Below, one piece after another: positions 36,252-50,700 of a stretch of DNA of 64,000 nucleotides. Numbering within the stretch: position 1 is the stretch's first letter; every line of letters begins with the position of its first letter. The stretch is from NCBI GenBank assembly GCA_907165135.1, contig OU015566.1:5828001-5892000 (forward strand). Direction: 5' to 3'. The position numbers and the translations under genes are program-made. The notes beneath the pieces are model-generated. The model was not told where the DNA came from, made no database searches, and saw only the letters and a program-made list of their open reading frames with translations. This DNA comes from Oikopleura dioica. Lineage: Eukaryota; Animalia; Chordata.

Positions 36252-36679
36252 ACAGAAGTCAATAAAAACAAAGAATTATTGCTATATTTTTGCCATTTTA
36301 GATGGTCCATTTAGATTTCGAGTTACCAATTCTTTTGAAGCAATCGGAGCTTAAGGGAACGGTCTCGCTTCAAAGAAAGTCGGAGAAAGTTTGATAAAAA
36401 TTGATTAAAATCGCGGCAAGAATTTTTCTAGTTAAATTATGTGTAATGATGCAAGGCTTTAAGGTAAGTGATAAAAAATTTAATTTAGTCGTGGACCCGT
36501 GTCCAATTTGACAAATGTTTCAGTCCGTCATTGAACGTATTGAGATACAGCGGTTTTTAAAGTCATCAAGGGGATTTCTTTTTGAAATTATTAGTTTCTT
36601 GAAGAATTTAATTCTTATTTTTACGATTTCATAACCCTAAATTCATTATATTTTATAAACATGTTTTTTAGCAAGTTTA

Positions 36680-36920
36680 AATTGCTAGTTACGAATTTGA
36701 AAACTAAACCTTAAAAACGTGCGTAACAAGTAAATCGCCTAGTAAACCGCGATGTTTCAACTAACCAAAAGCCAATAAAAAAATGATGAAACTTAATCGT
36801 GAATTGCACTTCCAGTTTTTTCGAGACACAAAAATTCAAAAAGGGAGAAATCTAGCGATTATGTGGTCGAATTCCACCAAAGAATTAGTGGTCGAGATTC
36901 TATTCCTGTTCTTTATGGAA
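36680..36920. repeat. About 240-bp dispersed direct repeat, second copy at about 47105-47370
   Basis: ACAAGTAAATC.CCTAGTAAACCGC.ATGTTT...CGTGAATTGCACTTCCAGTT...GCGATTATGTGGTC.AATTCCA.CAAAGAATTAGTGGT is shared. Confidence 0.75.
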
Positions 36921-36947
36921 AATGATTTGTAAGATTTTATCGCAAAC

Positions 36948-37005
36948 AAGGTCGATTGATTCCACTAAGGATGTGGATGAGCCTTGCTTGTAAGTTTCTT
37001 ATGAA
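36948..37005 (+). pseudogene. Remnant of exon 1 of a third copy of the tandem gene
   Basis: GATTCCACTAAGGATGTGGATGAGCCTTGCTT|GTAAGT matches GATTCCAGTAAAGATGCGGATGAGCCTTGCCC|GTAAGT of copies 1 and 2. No later exons were found. Confidence 0.55.
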
Positions 37006-37399
37006 ACATCTAATGTGTCCGATACCTTATTTTTTATTTTAGCTCTTTCACGTCGAGTTTATCGGCAATAAAAGCTATTAGTTTATTCTCAAGGAATAAT
37101 GAAGGCCCTGTTTTACTCTCTAAAACATCAAGAACTAAAACGTTGCACTGTTTGCAAGCTACGGGGAATAAAAAGTTAGGATAGCTGCGATATTTTTCAA
37201 TTAATCACTTTGCGGTTATCCCGTCCAAGCAGCGTGGACCATGAAGTATCGGATCCGCATAAACTAAGGTCAAGTAAAGGAACAAAAAAGCCGGTAAAAC
37301 TTGAATGCCGACTATTTTTGTTGAACATAGGATTTCTTAACCTTACCCCGCCAGGGTACACTACCTGAGGCACAGGGGTCGAAAACGGAAAATGGTCGA

Positions 37400-38740
37400 T
37401 TACAATACTATTTGGTATTCCAATACCAATTTCGGTATTCCAATACCAAAGTCGGCAAAAATGCCAATTTTTCAAACTTTAAAATCGGTTGTGCGCTCCG
37501 CGCCTGTATTAAACGATAGTTAACTTCTCAAAACACGGGCGCGCTACTATACCCTCAAAACACGTGGTCCAATAATTGGACCACAATGCATTATTCAGCC
37601 CCGCGCGGCGCGCCAAATTCATAATGTGAAAAATAGCGCCCAGAACTTTTGGCTCTAATTGACGTTTCCGTTGAGTTAAAACTCATAAATGTATTGTTAG
37701 AGAGCTTGAACCCTCTTCTATAAAAATATACTATTGTCAATTGAAAAATCCGTTCCGATTTTCAACCAGAGAGCGATAGAGAAATGTGGCGCGAAACGCC
37801 ACCACTTTTGAGTTTTCATTCGAAACTTCACACAGTGGTTCGTTTACGTCCTATCAGCTCACATTACAAAATTCAGGTCAAACAGATTACTACAACGGGA
37901 ATTACAGGGGGTCAAAGTCGCCGTGGTCCAATGATTGGACCACGTGTATTGAGAAGTTAAGGAAGGGGTCGACGAGAAAATTATTTTCACTTTTTCAAAA
38001 TTCTGATTATATTTTTGGATTCCTTAATAAAAAAGGAACATTTTTGGTGTCCAGCTTTTTGGGCATTGACTTACTTTTGTTTACAAAATTTTCGATTTTG
38101 TGTCTGGAATTCAAGATTTTACAAAATTTTAAAGTTGGTTATTTCACCCAAAAAAAATCTTAATCTGATTTTTATTAGCTAGATATTGTTTTTAAATGGT
38201 TTTCTTATCATTGTCAGTAGAAAATTCCGAGTCTCGGCGCTTTTGGTAAAATTCTCCGTGAAAAATGAGCAAAAATGACAATTTTTAGGAAAATCGCATA
38301 TTTTTAGTGAACAGAAAAAATTTTTTTAATAAAAGCAGCCCGTTTTATATTGTCGTCGCTGTATTTTAAAGGGTTTCAATTAACTATTTATTTAATTTGA
38401 CGATGAAAAAAAATCCCGTTTTCGAGATTTTTTGGTTACGAGTAACCCCCACTTTGACCCAATTTTTTGAAAATTTTTTCGAAAAATTTTTTTTTCTAGT
38501 TTTCGCCGCTGTATTTTTCAAACACTTTTCTTTCCACCTGAAAAGCCAGAATTTGCCTATCTAAGCAGGTTTTTCCGGATTTTTGGTTACAGAATTTCCC
38601 GATTCTCGTCGACCTCCCCCTTAAGGAGTGTTTTTGATAATTTTCGGGCGAAAAATAAAAATTGTGTAAAAAATTTGGTTTTGGAATACCAAATTTTGGT
38701 ATTGGAATACCAAAAAAGCTTTGGTATTGTTACCGACCGT
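37400..38740. mobile_element. Nested MITE cluster
   Basis: Outer inverted TTGGTATTCCAATACC repeats (about 37405-37450 vs 38685-38730). An inner inverted pair CACGTGGTCCAAT.ATTGGACCAC lies at about 37555 and 37925-37950. Confidence 0.65.
37961..38620. mobile_element. TTAA-flanked GG...CC element (Kolobok-like)
   Basis: TTAA-GGAAGGGGTCGACGAGAA at the left end and TTCTCGTCGACCTCCCCC-TTAA at the right end. Confidence 0.75.
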
Positions 38741-39459
38741 TCCCGTCGGTAATTAAACACCGAGTTTCTTGACCCATGAAGTCGGACACTTGCAATACTT
38801 GTAATTGTTTTTTACATGATTTATATCTAATTTTGTCCTTTCTTGACCGTTAGGACCATCTGGACTATTGTCAATTGTTTCGATCTTACCTCTTTTGAAA
38901 ATCACTTTCCTTACCTTCATGCCAACATAAATGATTTTCAACTGCGGGAGCCTTTAAATTTGCCATTTGACTGAGGTTTCTTTTGAGGCGCCGCTGTTTC
39001 TCGCAAATTATTTTTGTAAGAACTGTAACCGTGCCCGATTATTAAAAATCACAAAGGAACGAAAAATGAACTTGTGATATTATTTGGTGCATAAATTCGA
39101 TGGATTTTGTCGTGGCTGCTGTTTTATCTCAACAAAACAATTTGCGGTTGATTTTATCCATGCTGCATAAGTTCTGCATGATTTTTGAAGGCAAATCTAT
39201 CCAAGCGATAGCAAATCTAATAAAAAGTCACTGAATATGAGTTTCAATTTAAACAAGCTCTGCCAATGTCATGTGTCGATTGAGATATACGTGTGTTTTT
39301 CTCAAATATAGTTGGTAGAGAGGTAACATCGAGATATTGAGACTATAATATAATGATCAGTGATTATTTACAAATCGCACCTGAAATTCTACTGACAAAT
39401 ATGATCATTATTTTCGTCGATCTTCCAATCAGAATCATTTTTAAAGCTGGGTAACTTTG

Positions 39460-40770
39460 GGTCGACACTGAATATGTCGTCGAATGTCGTCGTTTCTGGC
39501 GATTAAAAAAAATAAATTTAAGAAATGAGTATGTTCTAGAAAATAATCATCGAAATGTTTAACATATTCGATACTTTACCATGAGGCCTAAAAACTTCCA
39601 AAATGAGTTATCAATGTTATGAGCACGCGACGGGCCAGGGGCCCTTACGCACGCAATTTGGGGTAGAGAACTTTTTTGGTTGGCGAGGCCCAACTTTAGC
39701 TTTTGCTAAAAGCAGCCGACTGTTTGGCCAAATGCAATCACTTGAATGCATTGTTTTCACAGAACTTTTTTTTTATTTGAGAATTTGAGAAAAAACTACG
39801 ACATTCGACGACACTCGACGACACAGTCAGTGCGCCCCAAATCTTGAGTTTCTCCCAGAAATCGACAATATGTCTTTCTTTAGGCAAATAATGCTCTTTC
39901 TTTGATTCAAACTGGTTTAAAGATAACAAACATTTTTAATCAATGAGAACACTTTATATCAATAGCATTTTTTATGAGATTTGTGGAAATAAAATTTGTG
40001 AACATTTTTCAGATTTTAGAGGTTTACTTGGGATACATTTTAAAAGAGAGGGTCTGAAATTTGTGGACATTTTTTGTCAATTGAAATCTTTGACTCCTAA
40101 ACTTATGATCAAACATTCGGTATTGAGGCCTATTTTACATGCGAAGAGCTGTTTTTCGTCAAAAGCTAAATTTTTAATAAGATTCACGTCTTTAGCTACC
40201 TTCTTGTGTTCCTTTATAGATTATTTTTTGAAAAAATAATCAATTTTTCCTTCTCAAAAAATAATTTAAGCAAGTTCGTTGAAACATTTTTTTTTCGGAG
40301 CTCTGTATCATATTTGTGGACATTTTTCAGAAAACTCAAAGACAAAAAGTGTCCACAAATTCCATAAATAATTGTATGCTTATAACCACGAGGCACTCTA
40401 TTATCAGATGAACACTCCAATTTCTAAAGAAAAATTTTACGATAAACCAAAGTTTCTAACAAAATGGCGCCCTATCGGTGTTAACAACGGCGGGGCTTCG
40501 AAATAATTCTGTTGACAGAACCATTCTGTAGAAAACAGAACTATTCTGTTAGAGTAAAATCAGAGAATCAGTGTGCGCTTCGCGAATGTTTTTCAGAAAC
40601 CTCGACAATTGAGAGTATCATGTTTTTTGACACTCTCTTTATATTTTTACCGCCGCAGTTACCTATTTCGGGCAGCAATCATGCCTCACTTAAGTTTTGT
40701 TAAAACAGAATAGTTCTGTCAGACAAAATGGTTCTGTCAAATTATTTCGAAGGCCGGCCGTTTTCAACGG
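39460..40770. mobile_element. Two further inverted-repeat elements (about 39460-39830 and 40480-40770)
   Basis: TGTCGTCGAATGTCGT vs ACGACATTCGACGACA, and CTTCGAAATAATT..GACAGAACCATT..AACAGAACTATTCTG vs its reverse complement. Confidence 0.55.
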
Positions 40771-41399
40771 TGAAAAACGATTAAAATACCTAAGCCCATT
40801 TCGGATACCAAAAAAAATATTTTATTTACTTTGAAACGGATTCTCTAGGCTCTTAGAAGCATAAAAATAAAATGATTTAATAAATTAATAAAAAAAATAT
40901 TAACGAATACTAATTGTCGATAAGACAAGAATAAAAAATATCCAAATCAAGGTAGTTTTGAATTCTCCGAAAAAAATTCATCTTCCAAAAGGGGTAAATG
41001 ATATCTGATCAAGCCGTTATAATTGCCGTACTTAGCATTTTTTTGCGTGGACCCTGATAAAATTCATTATTATAACGAGCTAACGAATATTGAAAATCAC
41101 ATTGTTAAGCAAAATTTAATATCGACTGAAATCAAATTTTAAGTGTTTTTCATATTAAAATATAATCTTTGTTTATTTTTTGTTATATTCAGCCAACTTG
41201 AGAAGAACAACGCACTTGACCTGTGAAATCATGAAGATTTTAGCGACTCTAGAGATTTTAAGAGGACTTCAGGAGATGTTTAGATTCGACATGTGACTAA
41301 TATGATATTAAATATTGATTAACTTTAGCCCTTAAGTCAAAAAAATTAAATTTATTGTCCATGAGAATGACTATTTTAGTAATTAACAAAACAGACATT

Positions 41400-44300
41400 T
41401 CAAATTTAAACTTGAAAAGGCAAACGATTCGATTGGACTTAAATGGACCCAATTGAATTCCCGGTCATACGATCAAAGCCTTCTTCGTCCAGCAGGTTGT
41501 ACCGGCTCTTTTCTTTCAGCGACTTATGTAAGATATAAATTTTCTAACATTGAAAGCATTCGTATATGATTTATATTTTCATTAATTTTATGGAACATTT
41601 TTCGATCAATATTTTTTTGGTAAATTGTTTAAATTTTTGACAGTAAATCAATTATTTATCATCGACAGATAATCGCAGATTGAGTAAAAATATAATCAAT
41701 TTGAGTATTTTTAAAACAAAAGATGAAGAAAATTATTTCTTAAATACCGCATTTTTAATGCAAAATTGAAAAAGAAAGCGGACGAGCTCCAACTAAATAC
41801 GCGTTTTGAAGAATATTAGTCGATTTTTGGAAACACTTAGATCTGCAAAAAATGAATGCTTGATAAATAATGGAAAAATTTTGTTGATTTATTAGCTTTT
41901 TTAGACTGATTTCAAGAAAAGAGAAATTTCTTATTTTTTTTTTTTGTTTATTTTGGGCATATGCTGGCTTTTGATAAGATCAGCTCGTTTTTACAAAATA
42001 TACAGAGTAAATGCTAAAGATAATTTTTAAATTATTTTGACCGATTTAACTTTCAATCAATTATTATAAAAAAAAGTCTCAGATCTGTAAAAAAGAATAA
42101 ATTTCTTCATAAACAACTCTGAAAGAATAAGTAACAAAAAAACACTGTTAAGAAATCATCACTGGACGGACCTGCGAGAGGAGTAACAGCTAATTTTCCA
42201 AGATGGACATCTTTAGAAACGGGTGGCCCGATAATTGTACCGTACTTTGTTCACCAAAGCGTTGGGCATTTCGGTGGTCTTATCCGGGTAAGATATACAA
42301 AAAATATATATGGATATTCGAATATTTCTTCGGGAAATCTCATTTTGAGGGAAAACTCGCAAAGGAGTAGAACAATCCTTTTAACTAGAATCATTAAGTG
42401 ATAAGATGATTTTTCTCCTGAAATCAGATATATATTTTCGTCTTTAAAGATTTCGTAGCGGGCCAAGTTGAGTTCTAATTGTTTAAACACTCTCTTTCAC
42501 ATTATTATTAGTTCTTATAAAATTCAAGATAAGCAAAAATATTTCCAGTTGATTTTTCCCAGAGAATATGCCCATCTTACGCCAATAATTTCTGATGGAG
42601 CTAAGCTCCGATTTATTTTCGGAAAATAATGACATGACAGCGCAGTAATAAGGACGCTCAGAACCCTTTCTTTCTAGATTTAGCTTTCCCACTCGCTTGT
42701 TAAAAAGTTAACTTAATAAATGTGTGTTATCTACGCGTTGTCATGTTGACATTTTCAGAAATTAAGAAAAATAAGCTTTTCTCGGGAATTGAAGGAGCCC
42801 TAAGGTAAAAAAGCTTTTTGACCTGCCCCAAATCCATAAAACAACTAATTTTTTAATTTTTTTTTGATCACGCTTTGAATTAAATATTTCAGAATTCCCT
42901 TAAATCTTTGGAGGAAGATCTTGGATGTTTCGCGATCACTGAAATATCAAACGAAGAAATTGGAACTATAGCAACAAAAGCAAAATATAAAAATGGAGTC
43001 GTTTTCATAAAAAATGTCGGATGCTTTTCGTCTGTTGGCGTCGATCCTGGTCAGCATCATAATACAACAACTCAAGTCAACGGCGTTTATAACAGCATTA
43101 CTGAGTTCGGTGTTCCAGAGGGTTGGCAAGTAATTTCTCTTGATGGTACTCTTGATCAGCCAGATTGTACTGGAAAGAGTCCTGGCACGGTTCAACACGA
43201 AATGTTGCATGCACTTGGTGTTTTCCACGAGCATCAACGACCGGACGTTGATCTCATGATTAATTATGACAGAACTTCGTTGCCGAAGAATCATTTTAAT
43301 TATAGACCACTCAAGCATAGTGAGTGGTTTGATATGTCAAGTCCGTTTGAAGTCGAATCAGTGATGACATATTGCTCTCGCTGTTTTCCCGGAGAAACCC
43401 AACCAGTTCTGAGTTTAAAAGGAACAGGCGAGGAGTTTGGCATGGCGTACAGAGTAACGACGACAGATGCGATGCAAATACATCATACGTACTGCAAGAC
43501 TGATCCAGAGATTGGAAAAATATTCTCGCCAAAACAAACGATAGAATGTAAATCGAAGGATAAACTCGGTTTCAGTAGAAAAATTTTTGCTGATCGACTT
43601 TGCGACAACATTCCTGACTGTGGCGGCTTTGAAGACGAGATCTCTGACGACAGGGCGCTGACAAAATGCAAGCTTCTGCAGCCAAACACTGAAAAAGGCT
43701 GCTGTGGAGCTATTAATTTTTTCAATCCTCGAACTGGACCTTTGAAATGCATAATCGATGGAGGACAATACAATAATCGTGATTTTTGGAAATGTGATGA
43801 TGGAGGAGCCATTGCTTATTTGGATGGTCGATGGGCAAAATTCAATCATTGGCCAATCAATGAATACGACAACTATGAATCATTTATCATAAGCGACGCA
43901 ACTTGCCCCCCTATCAATGAACGCTGGAAAAAATGGTTTCCAGTGGGCAATCAATGGTCTTTACGACCGAACGAGTTTTCTTTATGCTTTTGGGACGGGA
44001 CCGATGATCCAAACCAATGTGATGAAAAACCTTGCGATGAAAATGCTATTTGTACAGACTTACATGAGACTTACAATTGCAAATGTAATGAGTTCTACAC
44101 TGGAGACGGAAAAACCTGCACGTTCATTCCAGAAATCGATGAATGCTCAGATGGAACTCACAAGTGTGATGTTAACGCGAATTGCACTGACAATAGATAT
44201 GACTACACTTGTCAATGCAAAGACGGCTTTAAAGATAATGTTGAGGTAATTTATCTTCAAACGGTATGCAAAAAAACATTTTGCATAATTTCGGGGGCGC

Positions 44301-46638
44301 CCTGGTTATGTCGCAGAATGTCGCCTCTTTAAGGTTTTTTTTTATAAACTGATTTTTTTTTAAAAAATTGTCTAAACGTTATTTTTCAAAAATAAACAAA
44401 GGCAAATAGGCCTAAATGTCGCCGATTGTCGCCACTTTTGCTTTTTATAAAGTAAGAAATTTTTACTGAACCTGTCAAAATAAATAGATCTTGGTAATCG
44501 ACAGAGCCAAAGAAAGCGCAAGAATAGAAAAGCATAGTATTTTCATGAAACCTGCACCATTAAAAGCCAATTAAATTCTGAACGGGTCATTCTTAATGCG
44601 TTTATCTGAAATTGTACTTATTAGCAATTAAAGCCAGATAAACAAGAAAACTTAGCGCGCTCGCAGCATGAATCATATCCCGGGAGCCAAAAATACCCAA
44701 AAAGCCCGATCGGAGCGTTTTTCCGTGGAAAGAGCACTCGGTTCTTTTGTTTATCAGCGCGTTTAGGGAAATAAGTACAGTTTCAGCTAAGCGCATTAAT
44801 TATGATCTGCTCAGAATTCAATGGGCTTTTCAAAAGTTCTGGCATAAAGAAACAAATATAAAAAACAAATCGTGTTGAGCTCTATTTTTGACTTCGGATG
44901 TTTACGCCGCTGAGGATATTCATGATGTTTTAGGGAGATGCTCCAGGAAGATCATGCGTTGCTGAGGATACTTGCTGTGATCTAATTGAAGGTAAATTTT
45001 AGTTATGAAATGTTTTTAGCAGCGTTACATGCTCAGCCGAATGTAATCTTTGCTCAATTTGAATTTGAGATTATCTTAAAATAATCTTTTATCTTTTCTT
45101 GAATGCTCTGTCTTGAAACACATAGATATTTGAAGGAGAATAAAAAGATAAGTTTATGTTTATATTTTTACACATCATTCTAGCAAAAATGTGGAGCTCA
45201 AAGCCACCGGGAAAATCGATAACATGCACTCGTCACGTGACAAAAACAATTTACGGCCGTCCAGTTTGGGATTGCGACGAAAACGATTTCACAATTCAAT
45301 TTGAACCTCAATTCGATAAATTTATCCTCTTTGATAACGAGAAATTTCTTACAGATTCATGGTTCGTGAAAACTTCTGACGGATCATGCATCGACATGGA
45401 ACACGAAGAAAATGGCAGCAACGGTTTTATATCACTTGAAAAAAAATTATTTAAATAATATCGTAAAGTAAAATTTCGTGCTGACAAAAATAATTTTTGC
45501 AATCTTAAAGCCGTCATTAAGTGTTTCATGCAAAAAGTATTCAACCTCTGTCACTACAACAACCGAGAAGCCGACAACAACAAAGACGACGACGACAACA
45601 AAACAAACAACAAAAACCACAACAACAAAGCCAAAAACAACTACAACAACAAAAGCAACTACAAAAACAACTACAACAAAGCCGAAAACAACAACAACGA
45701 CTAAGGCGACTACAAAAACAACTACAACTCAGCCAAAAACAACTACAACAACGAAAGCAACCACGAAAACGGCAACCACACAAGAAAAAACGACAACAAC
45801 CGATGAAGTGCCAACGACAACAACAACCACAACTACAACAACAAGCGATGAAGAAACAACTACAACAACAGCAAGATGTACAGCTCATGATCGCGGACAT
45901 TGCTTTGCCGACCCTTGTGATTGTACAGACGATGTCATTGACGGCATAATGTAAATTCTTATTTTTTGAGAAATATTCATACACGTAATTGCGAAATCCA
46001 CAAGGCCAATAAATATTTTCAGAGCTTCCGAAAAATCTTTTATAAGCCGAAAAGCGATGGTCCCATTGTATCTTGGAAATAATGGTTTTGTCGTTCAAGC
46101 AACGACTAAAGGAGCCACTCGAAAGGATCAGTCGTATCTGCAATGCTGGGTCATGTCTCGAGCAGTTTGTGGTCAACCAGTGCTTGATTATCTCCACAGT
46201 CACGACTACGATTTTACAGTGATGGAAAAACGAGCAAAGGGACAGAAAGGCGCGATCACTAATTACGCAGCATTTAATGGAACCTACTATAGGGAAAACG
46301 ACCCATCCGAATCAAAGAAAACACGATCTGTCACACTCGGCTTTCGGTTAAACTTCATTTATAATCGTATAAAAATTATATAATTAAAATATAAATATTT
46401 TAATAATTTTCCTCTCAGCGCTGACAAAACGGTGAAAGACACTTCTGGAAAATGGGATAAAGATGTGTACTACGCCGGTATTCACTTCAATAAACCTCTT
46501 CCAGATACAATTACAATTGACGACGTTTACAATTGCTTCGTCGGAGCTAAACCAGTGACGATCAAGCCTGGAAAGGGAATCGACATGACATGTGACTACA
46601 CCAAGTGCGTCGGAGAACAAGTCAAAGTGGGTTTCTAA
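41400..46638 (+). CDS. Second astacin mosaic: astacin, LDLa, EGF x2, Thr/Lys-rich stalk, unassigned C-terminal domain
   Basis: HEMLHALGVFHEHQRPD, SVMTY, LCDNIPDCGGFEDE and EGF repeats. An upstream exon at about 42160-42288 (ARG...RW..GGPIIVPYFVH) matches gene 1. The exon at about 44935-44991 also matches gene 1. The start is not located. Confidence 0.8.
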
Positions 46639-47731
46639 GCCAATTTTTTAACGAAAATCGAGATGACAAGAGATCTCAAAAAAAACAAACCTGTACCGAG
46701 ATGACAAGATATCTCCCTTTTTATTGTTTAAATCAACGACTGCATGTTAGGAATTTTTGAATAAAGCCAACGAACACTTTTTGACTCAAAATCCTCTTGT
46801 TTTTTTACAAAGTCAATTATCTCTAACGTCATTGCTCTTATTTTAAGAGCCCGTCAATAATTGAAAACTGAAAATGAACAGTGGATAATTTGATTGAGTT
46901 GGAAAAGTTACTTCAAGGCCTCGTTACCCACTCCAGGACTCGGCAAGCGCCGCTTATTTCTCTAAAAAAATAAAGATCTCTTTTTTTTAATAGGGCCTCG
47001 CTAAGTAACGCTGTAAAATAGAATGAATTTAGATTAAAACGGTTTTAAGCTCTCGCCAAAGTGAGTTTGCGAATTATCTTTCCTTTTAAAAATCATTATT
47101 AAGTAATTTGGTACTTGTAAATCTGAAAAATTAACCTGAAAAACGTGTGTCACAAGTAAATCACCTAGTAAACCGCAATGTTTTAACAAACCAAAAGCCA
47201 ATTAAAAAATGACGAGGCTTACTCGTGAATTGCACTTCCAGTTCTTCTTTTCGGAACTCGAATAAATTCAAAGAGGGAGAAATCCAGCGATTATGTGGTC
47301 AAATTCCATCAAAGAATTAGTGGTTGAGATTCGATTCGAGTTCTTTTTGGAAAGTGATTTTTAAGATTTCTATTTGTCCTAGATCTTTTATAAATAAAAG
47401 CAAAATAATTTCAAAAGTATTTTTTTTTGTAAAATTTTAAGATTTTAAAAGAAAAAATTTCAGTTTTAAAATTATCTACTTTATTATTTTTTTCGTTATT
47501 ACGATTCATCATAATTCTGAACATCTGCCGGTATTACTTCTTGTCGTGTCGCTTTTTTGACTAGGCATTGCACCTTTGACATGATATAGCGTTTTTTTTT
47601 CGCGCAAAGGTCACGGTCAATCCTGCGCGATGGCGCTGGTGAGCTCGTGCGCGCCGCGTCATAAAAGTTTCACGATAAGATTCCCGGCTGTACCTCTTGT
47701 AAAACGTGATAGAGAAACAAAACCCTCCAAA

Positions 47732-50700
47732 ATGAAGCTAAGCTCCGTTTTTATACTTTTCTCCAATGCGGAAGGAATGAAAGACCCAGTAACTCCAAAT
47801 TGGCGGACGGATAGAAAACAAGTCAGCGAAAAGAAAGCGCGAAAAATCGCAGAGAATTTAGAACTTTTTCAAAAGAATTACAAAGCATTCAACAGACAGA
47901 AGCCGAAGAAAGACAGAACGACGATTCTCGAATTCTGGAATTTCGAAATGCCCTTTTTGAAGAAAATTCCAGAGAAATGCGGAGGATGCTGGCTTACGAA
48001 CGATAGAAATTTCGAATATGAAGGGAAAGGGGTTGAAATTTTTTTTTTCAAAAAAATGCCAGAATTGAAATTTTTTCTCAAAAAAATATCTAAAATTGAA
48101 ATTTCTTTCAAAAAATAAATTCTAGCATTGAAATTTTTTTCCAAAAAAAAAATCTTAAATTGAAATTTCTTTCAAAGAATTAATTCTATAATTGAAATTT
48201 TTCAAAAAAAAAATCTAAAATCGAAATAAAAAAAATTCTAAAGTTGAAATTTTTTTTTTCAATTTTCTTCAAATTTTAAAGAAAACCGTTTAGCATTCTT
48301 TTCTCGTGTCAAGAATGTCTCAAAACTGTCAATTAATAATCGCCCTACTTTTTGGGGTGGACTTTAGTTCCCTCGCATTCGGAGCTCGCTATTTCAGTAG
48401 GACAGAAAAAGTTCAACCTTTTCAAAAGCTGACGGAATCATGTTCGACAACACTCGTTACAAAAGCGCAATCAAGGCAAAGGATCTTCCCGATTTCACGA
48501 ACCGGAATACGGACTCGCAATATTGGGTGTTTTGGCCGCGAGAAGCAGCTTCCAAGGGAATTGAAAAGGGAACCAACTACAATCTCGTAAAGGAAATTCA
48601 CGACTGGGACGGCGCTTTTAATTTGACTGCTTCGTATAGAATCGATAGCGACGTTGTACGACCGTTTGGCAGTACAGATTCAGTACTTGCACGTCATTAC
48701 AGGTATAGTAAATGACCTTTTTACCCCAGTTTTGAATCACGTGAAAAAAGGATTATGTAAACTTTGCCGCCCCCAAATCTTCCGTTTAGCCTAAACAGAA
48801 AACGGGTAATTATTTTGGGTTTTCAAGGAGGAGAATGGATTCGCCACGTTTTTAGTGTTTACACACAGCAAGTTCGCTCAGACTTCGGCTTGACCCCTCA
48901 ACTTCTGCTGCATATAGAGTACGTCTAGTGAATAGAAATAAAGATGAGGGAGAGATAGATGATATCAGAGAGTCAGGGTCAAGGTTGACGATTCTTTTGA
49001 TTGGAAAATTTTATAGTCTGAGATTTTGAGTAAGTTTTCCTCGTCAAGGGTCGCAAACATGTGTTAAAACCTGAGTCAGGGTCCTGAGCTTGCGAAACGG
49101 GTTAAGGTTAGGTTTAGCAAAATGGAGAACTGTTACTCTTACCCTAACCCTAACCGCGGGCATTCTATCAAAGCTCTTACAGGACCCTGAGTCAGGTTTC
49201 TTGACAGGTTGCCGGACCAAAGTCCTCCTAGCTCTAATCATATAAACCGCTGCATTTTTCAAATAAGTACTCCTAGAAAATATTGAAAACAAGATAACCA
49301 AAGGTCAATCCTTATTTTTACGTTGCTTATCTTTCTCTTTCTCTTACTTTGTTTGTAAATGCTATCTTTTAGCGCCGGAGAGCACGAACCCTACGAAGAC
49401 ATCATTAAGTCAATCATGGACCGCAAAGAAAACAACAGCGGAAAACACACAACCTGGATCGTCTCAAACTGCGGCAGAACGAACGGAGCTTCGGCGAGAT
49501 GGAACTACGCTCAAGAACTGATCAAAGAAGGGCTGAAAATAAACGGCTTCGGCGATTGCTTCAATAACCATCTTGAAGGCGCTCCTTGGTCGGATAAATT
49601 TGGCGATGGAGTTATTGCTGGCTACAAATTCTATCTTGGTAAGTCACCAAATTTAATTCCCAGCGATCCAGAAATCGCGAAATCGCGCGAATCTGGGAAA
49701 ACAGGTTGAACTAAAATTAACCACATCTGTGCTAAAGTGAGTCGCCCTTGCGCTCATTTTGCTCAACCCTCACGTTCTCTTTTTTGTTTAATTTTTTAAC
49801 ATGGAAAACGTGGTTTTGTTATTTTACCAATTTTTTTCTGATAAAAAACAAAGAAAGTTATGTTTTCAAAATAAAGAAATAAGAAAAATTATTTTTATGA
49901 TAATTAAAATTGAGAATTTTTAGTTAAAATTTTGAAAAATTCAAATTTAAAATTTTAAAATTTTTATTTCTAAATAATTTTAAAAAATTTATTAGATTTT
50001 TATAATTGTTATTTTAAAATATTTTAAAATTTTTTTACTAATAATTCAATTTTGAAATCTTAATGAATATTAAAAAAATCAATAAAAATTTTCAGCGTTT
50101 GAAAACTCTGTCCACTGCAACGGATACATCTCTGAAAAGTTTTGGCGTAACTCCCTCGGCACCGGGGCTGTTCCCGTCGTCTACGGTCCTCACAAATCGG
50201 ACGTGGAAGCTGTCGCGCCTCCAAACTCCTACATTTTCGCCGAAGACTTTGAAACGCCCAAAGATCTGGTCGACTATTTGGACTACTTGGACGGCAACGA
50301 CACGGCGTATTTGGAGTATCACAAGTGGAGAGCGAATGAACTCGACGATGATTACGAGTACTTGGGATCCCATACGGCGGAAATGATGTGCAATCTTTGC
50401 AGAAGTAAGCTTTTCTTACTAAAAAATTTTCCCGTTTTTTCCCATAAAAATCCAGTTTTCCTAAAATTGACCGTCCAAGTCATGTCACATCAATCCCAGG
50501 ATTTCCAAAACATCTCTGATTAGCGTGATTAAATCTAAGCTTCCTTCTACCGTAATTAATCGCTATAGAAGTTCTATTTTCACTACGAATTTGGCGGTTC
50601 CTTGAATACCGATTTTCGAGCTGGCTCTATTTTTACTCGCTGTTTTCACTGATCACAACGTACGATTTTAAAAGATCAACTCAAAGGAGACGTTTTTCAG

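Noticed and set aside
45541-46203. 220-aa Cys-rich minus-strand ORF resembling a metallothionein or keratin-associated protein
   Set aside because: It is the antisense reading of the ACA/ACT Thr-repeat stalk of the astacin gene.
48030-50080. AT-rich degenerate repeats (48030-48290 and 49880-50080)
   Set aside because: These are low-complexity intronic expansions with no further structure.
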